Shown here piece after piece: positions 56,343 through 64,000 of a DNA stretch of 64,000 bases. A program made the position numbers and the translations under genes. Location: contig JAZLKX010000037.1 in the NCBI GenBank assembly GCA_045597865.1, forward strand, positions 1 to 64,000. The letters run 5' to 3'. This stretch comes from Bacilli bacterium. Its GTDB lineage: Bacteria; Bacillota_I; Bacilli_A; RFN20; CAG-826. The notes under the pieces were generated by a model. It saw only the letters and a program-made list of their open reading frames with translations, ran no database searches and was not told the origin of the DNA. Numbering within the stretch: position 1 is the stretch's first letter; every line of letters begins with the position of its first letter.

Positions 56343-58949
56343 ATGGGTGAAGAAATTAGACACACCAAATCGTGCCCATACTGTGGTGCGAAATTAAGCT
56401 TTGCTGAAAGTGATGGCTATGTACACTGTAACGCATGTGATAATGATACAAGCGTTGAAGAATTACTTTCATCAAACAAGTCCAATTCTGGCAACTCAAT
56501 GGCCGATTTAGCGGTTAATTCTATTGAAACCGGCGAATCAGGTCTTGCCTATTTGGATTCCATTTTCGAAACAATGGATTGGGATGATTTCTGTTTAAAC
56601 GACCCAAGTTTAACTGTTTACTCAGTTGATAGAGTTGTTGACAAAATCAAAATCAAATTTGCTAACAAAGGTGATACCTGGTTATTTGAATTCAAATCCG
56701 TTGCAATTCCTGTTCTCCACAAGATTGAAAAACTTGTCGAATTGGAACAAGAAATTGAAAAACAATATACTGGAGTTGATGATACCGAACTTTTACCAAA
56801 ATTCGATTCATACAAGTTTATTGTTTCCAAATTAGCTGCAGCTAAAGAGAAAATTGTTAAACGCTTAGAGCTTGACCTCAATTTCATGAAGAAGTTCAAA
56901 GCAGAAGCCAAACAAATTTCTGAATGTGAAGCTGACCTTGCATCAATCAAAAATAAGATTGTTGGCTTAGAAGAAGTTCCAACAATGTTTGATATGAAGG
57001 CAGTTCAACAAAAGATCTCTAAACTTGAAAAACAAATCGTTCAAGACTTAGAAAATAGAGGCTTTGATGCCGTTGCAACATATCATAACGCTGTTAGATG
57101 TTATTTAAATGGTGAAAAGAAAGCAGCTTTAGAAGCTTTCTCAAACATCAAAGAATATAGAGATGCAGCAAAATACATCGCAAGATTAAATGAATCTGAT
57201 GTTGTGGATGATTTCCTCATCCTTTGTAATGGTACTTCATATGTATACGATAAATACGTTGCAAAAGCAGAACCAGAAGGCAAAAAGAAACTCAAAAAAT
57301 CTGTTACAGCAAACTTCGTTGGAGCAGAAGCATTTGGTTTATTTGAAATTGTCGATGGTACTAGACGTTCAAAACCATTCATTCAAAACATCAAACGTTT
57401 AATGGTCACATATGCATCTAAAGTTTACTTTGTAAATACAGATGATAAATTCGTTTACTATGACTTTGGTTCAAAAGAAATAAAAGTATTGTGTGACGCA
57501 AAATTATGTGACTTCGAACATGGACATTTCCATGTCTACAAAGACCTTGGCAAAGTTATCTTCCTTGGCCCAAATCAAATTAAAGAAGAGTCCAAGAAGA
57601 AAGGCTGCTTTAGCAAAGGTAAGAAAGAAGCTGAACCAGCAAAAACTTTCGTTACATATTGCTTAGATGTCTTAGATCTCAATGTTGGTGAAATCAAAAC
57701 ACTTGAGAAAGAAGTCATTTGTTTCAATCAATGCTTTGACAAAGACTTATTCTTTACAAAAGCACTTGATGAAACAGGTCTTAACAATGCATTTATGCAC
57801 GTAAATGCTGAAAAAGAACACGTTACTCAACCATTCAATAGAGAGGTTTTAGTTAACGACGTCATTGGCGATGATATTATTTATACCCTTTGGGAACCAA
57901 ATATCAACAACCTTGACTTATATTCTTTAAATACCATCACCAAGAAAGAAACATTAATCGAAAAGAATATTTACGATTATATGACCAAGATTGATGGCAA
58001 AATCTACTACACAATTGGTAACTACAAATACCTTCCACTTTACCGCGCAAATGTCGATGGTACAGAAATCGAAGAAATTGTCACTAACTGTGAAAAGATT
58101 CAACACATCATCAATGGCTACATGTACATCATTCGTGGTAGTGGCTACAACAAGATGCTCCTTAAGATGAAAGCTGATGGCTCTTCAAGAACATTCATCT
58201 GTTCTCAATTCAAGAAGATTGTCAACATCATCAATGGTTACATCTACTATAAAGACAACGGCGACAACTTACATATTGTAAGAAGTGATGGTAAAGAAGA
58301 TAAGGTCATCGCTAACGATGTCGACTATGTCTACAAAATTAATTCATCAAAGATTTTCTTTGGTAGAAGAGAATACATTTCCAAAGCTGTTGGTTATGGC
58401 GTTTCCCTCTATTACATGGATGCAAACGGACATAACACACATAAGGTTGCATTCGATATTAACAGTGCACAAACTGTCGATGACAATACAATCATGTTCT
58501 CCAAAGAAGAAAGAATTCAATATGACGTTACACTTGCAAATGAAAAGGGTGAATACAGCAATAACTTCATTCAAGCATATGATGTATTAACCTACTATGC
58601 ATTAAACGTCAACAACCTTGAACTTACTCGTGTTCTTATGAAGAACGCTCCTGAATTTGAAACAATGGTTAAGAAATCAGGATGTTTCAAGAAGAAAGAA
58701 ACAGTTTACCCACCAAAAGTCTTACGTATGGAATACATTTACCCAACTCCATCAACTGTTAAGATGACACCAATCGAACAACCTGTTGAGGAAGACGAAG
58801 ATGAACCAAACACATTCGTCCCATCATTCGGCAACAAAGGCAAAGGCTGTGGTGCAGGAAACTCAAAGGGTAAATCAAACAAAGGTGCCGGATGCGGCGC
58901 TGGCGGCAAAGGTTCCGGTAAAAAGTCCGGCTGTGCAGGAGGTAAATAA
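56343..58949 (+). CDS. Zinc ribbon + helical/TPR-like + DUF5050-like beta-propeller protein with a Gly-Lys-Cys tail
   Basis: CPYC...CNAC; coiled coil; IYY...LYRANVDGT-type blade repeats; KGCGAG repeats at the C-terminus; no signal peptide or TM helix. Confidence 0.78.
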   Translation: MGEEIRHTKSCPYCGAKLSFAESDGYVHCNACDNDTSVEELLSSNKSNSGNSMADLAVNSIETGESGLAYLDSIFETMDWDDFCLNDPSLTVYSVDRVVDKIKIKFANKGDTWLFEFKSVAIPVLHKIEKLVELEQEIEKQYTGVDDTELLPKFDSYKFIVSKLAAAKEKIVKRLELDLNFMKKFKAEAKQISECEADLASIKNKIVGLEEVPTMFDMKAVQQKISKLEKQIVQDLENRGFDAVATYHNAVRCYLNGEKKAALEAFSNIKEYRDAAKYIARLNESDVVDDFLILCNGTSYVYDKYVAKAEPEGKKKLKKSVTANFVGAEAFGLFEIVDGTRRSKPFIQNIKRLMVTYASKVYFVNTDDKFVYYDFGSKEIKVLCDAKLCDFEHGHFHVYKDLGKVIFLGPNQIKEESKKKGCFSKGKKEAEPAKTFVTYCLDVLDLNVGEIKTLEKEVICFNQCFDKDLFFTKALDETGLNNAFMHVNAEKEHVTQPFNREVLVNDVIGDDIIYTLWEPNINNLDLYSLNTITKKETLIEKNIYDYMTKIDGKIYYTIGNYKYLPLYRANVDGTEIEEIVTNCEKIQHIINGYMYIIRGSGYNKMLLKMKADGSSRTFICSQFKKIVNIINGYIYYKDNGDNLHIVRSDGKEDKVIANDVDYVYKINSSKIFFGRREYISKAVGYGVSLYYMDANGHNTHKVAFDINSAQTVDDNTIMFSKEERIQYDVTLANEKGEYSNNFIQAYDVLTYYALNVNNLELTRVLMKNAPEFETMVKKSGCFKKKETVYPPKVLRMEYIYPTPSTVKMTPIEQPVEEDEDEPNTFVPSFGNKGKGCGAGNSKGKSNKGAGCGAGGKGSGKKSGCAGGK

Positions 58950-58951
58950 TT

Positions 58952-60808
58952 ATGGCATTCTGTCCAAATTGTGGTTCAGTCTTAAGTAAAGACGGCGTTT
59001 GCTCAGCTTGTGGTTTCAAGCAAGCTGGTAAAGCAGAAGATGTCAGCAAACTCCTTCAAGCTGGCAAATACGCTGAAGCTCAACTCATTGTTAATGAGGT
59101 TCTTGCAAAAGATCCAAACAATGGTAAAGCATGTTTAGATTCAGTTCGTATCATGACCAAAAACTTCTCTGAAAAACCTGTTGATGTTAATGCATGTCTT
59201 GATATGGCAGTTACTGGTCTTACATATGCAAGTGACAAAGATAAAGCAAATGTTGAATTTAAGTTACGCGCATATTTTGAAAACTTACACTTAGGTGGAC
59301 GTGGCGTTGAAAACGTATTTGATCTTAAATCAAGCGTTTCAGGAAACGTCGCAGTCCATGGTGCAGGTGCAGCAGCAGGAGCAGCAGGCGCAGCCGCTGG
59401 TGGTGCTGCCTCAGCAGGCGCTGCAGGTGCAGCAGCATCTAAAGGTGCAAAAGCTCCAAAAGCAGCTAAAGCTAGAAAGCCATTAACCAAAGGCAAAAAG
59501 ATTGCAATTATTGCAATCGCTGGTGTTGTAGTTGTCGGTTCAGTTGTTGGTATTATTGTCGGTACAACTTCTGGAAATAAAGGTGGAGGCGGTGGCAGTG
59601 ATGGACCATCTCCACAACAAGTGACAAGTACATACGTAACCTTTGATAAACAAGGTGGCTATGGCGGTGATAGCTATGTAACCAATAATTTCAATAGTTA
59701 TTACTATTCAATTTCTGTTCCTTCAAAGAGTGGCTACACATTCAAAGGTTACTATACACAAAGTTATGGTAATGGTTATCAATACTATGACCAATATGGT
59801 GGACCATCAAATTATCAATGGGATATTTCCTATTCAAGCGTAACTCTTTACGCATATTGGGAAGCTCAATCATCCAGTACATATACTTATGTAACATTTG
59901 ATAAACAAGGTGGTTCAGGCGGAACAAGTAGTGCATACAACTATTACAACTCATCATATGACTCAATTAGTAAGCCAACAAAATCCGGTTATACCTTTGG
60001 TGGTTACTATACAAGTACCGGTGGTTATGGCTCTCAATACTATGATGAATATGGTGATCCAAGTTATACAACATGGACCAATTCATCATCATCTTTGACT
60101 TTGTATGCAAAGTGGACTTCAAGTCCAACACCAGTATCATCAACCTATATTACATTTGATAAACAAGGTGGTTCAGGTGGAACAAGCAGTGTATCAAATT
60201 ATTACAACCAATCATATGATTCAATTAGTGTTCCATCAAAAACTGGTTATACCTTTGCTGATTACTATACAAGTACCAATGGTAGTGGTACTCAATACTA
60301 TGATGAAAACGGTTATCCATATTACTCAACATGGACCAGCTCATCATCATCAATGACTTTGTATGCAAAGTGGACTTCATCAACTCCTTCAACAAAAACA
60401 TTCAATTTTGTTCAAGAAGGTACATATGGATTCCAATTAGATACCTCATTGAACCCAAATTCATCACTTTATCAAGGTGTCTATAAATCCACTAACCAAG
60501 GTCGTGATAGTACATCCTCTATTGTAAAAATCACTTTCTCTGGATACTCAACATTCAAACTTTATATTAGAAGTGATGCAGAAAGTACTTACGATTATAC
60601 TTATGCATCAGAAATTGATGGATCTAGTGATTATAATTCTGCTAAATCAACAACTAGTGGAAACCAAACTTCATCAACAACTCTAAGTAGTTACACACAA
60701 GTCACATATAATTGCGACGGTGGTGAACACTACATCTACGTTGGTTTCAAAAAAGATAGTTCTGATTACAGAGGTTCAGATACTGGTTATTTCTTCTTTG
60801 AAAAATAA
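58952..60808 (+). CDS. Type II membrane protein: zinc ribbon, TPR-like helix, Ala/Gly linker, TM helix, three InlB B-type (Flg_new) repeats, C-terminal domain
   Basis: FCPNCG...CSAC; KKIAIIAIAGVVVVGSVVGIIVG; three repeats of YVTFDKQGG...PSKSGYTF.GYYT...TLYAKW. Confidence 0.85.
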   Translation: MAFCPNCGSVLSKDGVCSACGFKQAGKAEDVSKLLQAGKYAEAQLIVNEVLAKDPNNGKACLDSVRIMTKNFSEKPVDVNACLDMAVTGLTYASDKDKANVEFKLRAYFENLHLGGRGVENVFDLKSSVSGNVAVHGAGAAAGAAGAAAGGAASAGAAGAAASKGAKAPKAAKARKPLTKGKKIAIIAIAGVVVVGSVVGIIVGTTSGNKGGGGGSDGPSPQQVTSTYVTFDKQGGYGGDSYVTNNFNSYYYSISVPSKSGYTFKGYYTQSYGNGYQYYDQYGGPSNYQWDISYSSVTLYAYWEAQSSSTYTYVTFDKQGGSGGTSSAYNYYNSSYDSISKPTKSGYTFGGYYTSTGGYGSQYYDEYGDPSYTTWTNSSSSLTLYAKWTSSPTPVSSTYITFDKQGGSGGTSSVSNYYNQSYDSISVPSKTGYTFADYYTSTNGSGTQYYDENGYPYYSTWTSSSSSMTLYAKWTSSTPSTKTFNFVQEGTYGFQLDTSLNPNSSLYQGVYKSTNQGRDSTSSIVKITFSGYSTFKLYIRSDAESTYDYTYASEIDGSSDYNSAKSTTSGNQTSSTTLSSYTQVTYNCDGGEHYIYVGFKKDSSDYRGSDTGYFFFEK

Positions 60809-60828
60809 TTAGAAATACTTAATCAAAC

Positions 60829-60870
60829 AAAAACGCTTATAAGGTTTATCCAAATAAGCGTTTTTATTTT
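60829..60870 (+). terminator. Terminator closing the SPFH operon
   Basis: AAAAACGCTTAT-loop-ATAAGCGTTTTT. Confidence 0.75.
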
Positions 60871-60998
60871 ATAAAAAATAAATTCGATTAATACGTGTAT
60901 TTTATTTAAAAATATTGACTCATTTTCTTTGCTCATGGTAAAAATATTGTAGGTAATATATAACTTATAGTTATATCAAATTAAGAGGAGGGGGACTT

Positions 60999-61172
60999 AT
61001 GAGATACGAATATAATGTCGTTCCAGTAAAAATTGGCCGTGTCGGTTTATTTGATGACAGCAAAAAACAAATTGCTCAATTAAACAAACTTGGTGAAGAA
61101 GGCTGGAAGCTTATTACCATTTCTGAAGGTAAGAAGTACGTTAAATACGTTTTTATCAGAGAATTAGCTTAA
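60999..61172 (+). CDS. DUF4177-like small protein (57 aa), not in the ORF track
   Basis: MRYEYNVV...LNKLGEEGWKLI...YVFIRE; strong GAGGAGG SD; downstream terminator. Confidence 0.82.
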   Translation: MRYEYNVVPVKIGRVGLFDDSKKQIAQLNKLGEEGWKLITISEGKKYVKYVFIRELA

Positions 61173-61189
61173 TTTAAAATTAACAAAAT

Positions 61190-61235
61190 AAAAACCTCTT
61201 GCGTGTTATTAAACCGCAAGAGGTTTTTTTTCTTT
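61190..61235. terminator. Bidirectional terminator
   Basis: AAAAACCTCTTGCG-loop-CGCAAGAGGTTTTT. Confidence 0.85.
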
Positions 61236-61828
61236 TAGCCAAATATTTTATCTATAAGAAGGAATCCTGATCCCGATAATATGATTAATAATCCTAGAAC
61301 GTATGATACAAGTATAAATGCAGAATTAAAAAACTGAATAGAGAATATAGTGATTCCAACAATAAACACGATAATGCCTGAAATAAATAAAGGAACTACG
61401 AATTTAGAGTCTCCACCAAATCTTCTTCTAAAAGAAAAACCAATTAATCCTAAGCCAAATGTTGAAATTCCTAAGTATATTGAATTTTTAACGATTATAT
61501 CTCCTATTTCACCATCGCTTTTCATCACTTCAAAAGCATAAGATGGAACAGAATTAATTAAGATTAAAAAACCAACAAGTCCAATTATAGTAACGGTATA
61601 GCCAATGCATTTTTCAGAATTTTCATCTTTTATAACACCTATAAGATTTAATGTTCCATTAGCAATTGCACTTAATGCCATGAATATTGTTAAAATAAAG
61701 AAAGTAATATTTATAACAGGCATAGTAGTTATTGCATTATTTAAAAATAAAGAAAGTAAACCAATTACGATCATCGCAACAATTGTAAATGCTGAAAAGC
61801 CTAAACCAGCAAGTTTCTTGATTGTCAT
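61235..61828 (-). CDS. Hypothetical 6-TM membrane protein
   Basis: Hydrophobic ORF; ATG 61828 has GGAGG 8 nt upstream and is preferred over the 61846 start. Confidence 0.75.
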   Translation of the reverse strand: MTIKKLAGLGFSAFTIVAMIVIGLLSLFLNNAITTMPVINITFFILTIFMALSAIANGTLNLIGVIKDENSEKCIGYTVTIIGLVGFLILINSVPSYAFEVMKSDGEIGDIIVKNSIYLGISTFGLGLIGFSFRRRFGGDSKFVVPLFISGIIVFIVGITIFSIQFFNSAFILVSYVLGLLIILSGSGFLLIDKIFG

Positions 61829-62083
61829 ATTGTTGTCCTCCGACAAAATTATTATTAGTTTTACTTAAAAATTAGTCAAGACAATTAGGAAAATTTTCAT
61901 TATATTTTAAACGATAAAAAAAGCAAAAATATCCAGGAATTTGGGTGATTTTCACGTAAAAACCCAAATATTTTTGTTTTGCTACCAGTAGTTTAGATAC
62001 ACCTAAATCTTAGTTAATTTTTCCTTCCAAATAGATTGAAATAATATTTAAATCGACTTACTATAGTAGCAGGAGATAAATAT

Positions 62084-63874
62084 ATGAAAGTATCATCAAA
62101 ACTAATATTTGTCCTATCAACTGCAATGTTGCTTGCAGGTTGTAATCAGCCTAGTGGACAAGATCCAGAGGAAGGATGTCCAACATGTCCAGAATGCACT
62201 CAGTGTGAAACTTGCAAAGAATGTGAAGAATGTAAGGAATGCGAAGAGTGTGAGGAATGTCCAACATGTCCTGAAGCTCACGAGCACACTTTTAAGACAA
62301 CCTGGACCACAGATAAAAACAGTCACTGGAAAGAAGCAACTTGTGAACACACAAATATAACAAAAGATTTTGGTACACACGTTGATTCAGATAAAAATGG
62401 AATTTGTGATGTTTGTGATTATGTTATTGAGGCTGTGCCAAACAAATACACCGTTGTTTGGGAAAATTACGATGGTAAAGTTCTTGAAATTGATTACGAT
62501 GTAGTTGAAGGCACTGTACCTGAATACAATGGAGAAGATCCAGAAAAAATTGGTGAAGAAGACGTTTTTGTTTTCGCGGGTTGGTCTCCAGAAGTAACAA
62601 ACATAACTAAAAATGAAGTATTTGTTGCTCAATATGAAGTTCTTAAGACAACATATAAAGTCACCTGGAAAGATGATGTAGGTAATATTTTAAAGCAAGA
62701 CGATGTCCAAATAGGACATATTCCTTCATTTGGTGAAGAAGATCCTGTTAAAGAAGCTACAGATATGTATGAATACGTATTTGCATGCTGGGATAAAGAA
62801 ATAACAAGAGTTTTTGAAGACACAACATATGTTGCATCATTTGATCTTGCAGATTGGTGTGTTACAAAAGATGAATTATTGGCTGCTATTAGTGCGCCAG
62901 AATCATTAAATGTAAAGGTTGTTGTTAACGACGCATATAGCGGTTTAGAATTGCAAAAAGGAACATATGAATTTAATGATGAACTTTTAATTGAACACGT
63001 TTCAAAATACGGAACTGTTTATATAACTCCAGACGGAAAAACAATCTACTACGATGAGGAACTTGACCGATATGTGAATATGGGTGGATTTGACCTTTAT
63101 GAATTGAGAAAAAATATGTTCTTCCCATTTAGTCCAGTAGATGATGCAGAAAGAAATTACTACTATGATTCATTAAGTAGAACATACTATACAGAGGATA
63201 AACTTGAAGGTTTATCAATTAAATATATCTTTAGATTCCAAGATAAAAAGTTAGCGGACATGCATATTGTAGCCATCCAAGAATCACCATATTTAGAAGT
63301 CACATATTATGATCTATCATACATCTGGGGTGGATGTGATAATCTTGAGATTCCAGAAGAAGTATATAATGAGGCCAAGTATAGATTGCCATCAGACAAT
63401 GCCTATGAAACAGCATTCACTTTAGATCAAAGTCTCACTCTTACTCATTATAGTTATCAAATAGGCGATACCGTTATTGTAAGTATTTCAAAGATTCCTG
63501 ATAGTAGATATCTTTTAAAAGTTGATTATGGTGCTGCCGCAATGTATTACGATGGATTCTATAGTTATAGCGTAAACGTTGAAAAAGATATATATGTCAG
63601 ATTTGAAAACTTCGATGATCCAAAAGCTATCTATTTAGAACAAATTGTTCCTGAATGTTTAGCACAAGGAGATTACGTATATAATGAAGATACATGTTGC
63701 TATGAATATGATGACACCGAACACAACACAACATATATCATTCAGTTTGAATTTGGTTTACCAACACTCATCAAATCATTTGATGATACAAATGGAGAGT
63801 TACTTTCTGAAATTACATTCTCTGGTTTCAACTCAACAACTGTAATCATTCCAGAACACGATTGGAATTACTAA
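62084..63874 (+). CDS. Lipoprotein with a (Cxx)11 tract, a His/Cys module, two InlB-B-like repeats and a duplicated C-terminal domain
   Basis: Lipobox LLAGC; CPTCPECTQCETCKECEECKECEECEECPTCPE; HEH...HWKEATCEH...CDVC; YTVVW...FAGWSP repeats. Confidence 0.85.
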   Translation: MKVSSKLIFVLSTAMLLAGCNQPSGQDPEEGCPTCPECTQCETCKECEECKECEECEECPTCPEAHEHTFKTTWTTDKNSHWKEATCEHTNITKDFGTHVDSDKNGICDVCDYVIEAVPNKYTVVWENYDGKVLEIDYDVVEGTVPEYNGEDPEKIGEEDVFVFAGWSPEVTNITKNEVFVAQYEVLKTTYKVTWKDDVGNILKQDDVQIGHIPSFGEEDPVKEATDMYEYVFACWDKEITRVFEDTTYVASFDLADWCVTKDELLAAISAPESLNVKVVVNDAYSGLELQKGTYEFNDELLIEHVSKYGTVYITPDGKTIYYDEELDRYVNMGGFDLYELRKNMFFPFSPVDDAERNYYYDSLSRTYYTEDKLEGLSIKYIFRFQDKKLADMHIVAIQESPYLEVTYYDLSYIWGGCDNLEIPEEVYNEAKYRLPSDNAYETAFTLDQSLTLTHYSYQIGDTVIVSISKIPDSRYLLKVDYGAAAMYYDGFYSYSVNVEKDIYVRFENFDDPKAIYLEQIVPECLAQGDYVYNEDTCCYEYDDTEHNTTYIIQFEFGLPTLIKSFDDTNGELLSEITFSGFNSTTVIIPEHDWNY

Positions 63875-63889
63875 TAGGAGGAAATAAAT

Positions 63890-64000
63890 ATGATAGTACA
63901 CACAAGAGTAGCAAACGAAAAAGAAAGAAATGATAACAAACTTGTAATTATTGAAACTGAAGAAAAAGTATATAGTCTTGATTACAGAAACAGCTTTGCT
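63890..64000 (+). CDS. Start of a hypothetical protein (truncated by the window edge)
   Basis: AGGAGG SD, ATG 63890, frame open to the end (MIVHTRVANEKERNDNKLVIIETEEK...). Confidence 0.6.
   Translation, partial: MIVHTRVANEKERNDNKLVIIETEEKVYSLDYRNSFA

Noticed and set aside
1-64000. Mycoplasma-type code (TGA=Trp), suggested by low GC and many lipoproteins
   Set aside because: RF2 is present, long ORFs are intact under code 11, and TGA ends genes at their expected C-termini.

Overview
Low-GC chromosomal segment, most likely from a host-associated member of the Bacilli (inference from gene content and sigma-A-type promoters). It uses the standard code, since RF2 is present and TGA ends genes. 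The left ~17 kb is mostly housekeeping: the secA 3' end, frameshifted prfB, uvrB, secG, an M29 aminopeptidase, a Y-family polymerase/YolD pair, rmuC, tRNA-Ala(CGC), fba, a Phd-RelE/ParE TA pair, rarA, nucleoside hydrolase, ribokinase and lipid-modification genes. The remainder is dominated by cell-surface systems, and three stand out. (1) A five-gene operon built around a YwaF/TMEM164-type membrane domain fused to an ABC ATPase, ending in a 6x Ig lipoprotein. (2) A 3966-aa receptor-like protein with two Gly-rich heads, a duplicated stalk, a Cys/His-marked 3-TM anchor and four cytoplasmic domains. (3) An SPFH/zinc-ribbon operon with a displaced TM-extended YidD and a propeller protein carrying Lys-Gly-Cys motifs. 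Also seen: a candidate ~67-nt standalone sRNA, two small ORFs missing from the ORF track, and many apparently leaderless genes. No CRISPR array, rRNA, integrase or transposase was recognised. All family assignments are by eye from motifs; no searches were run.
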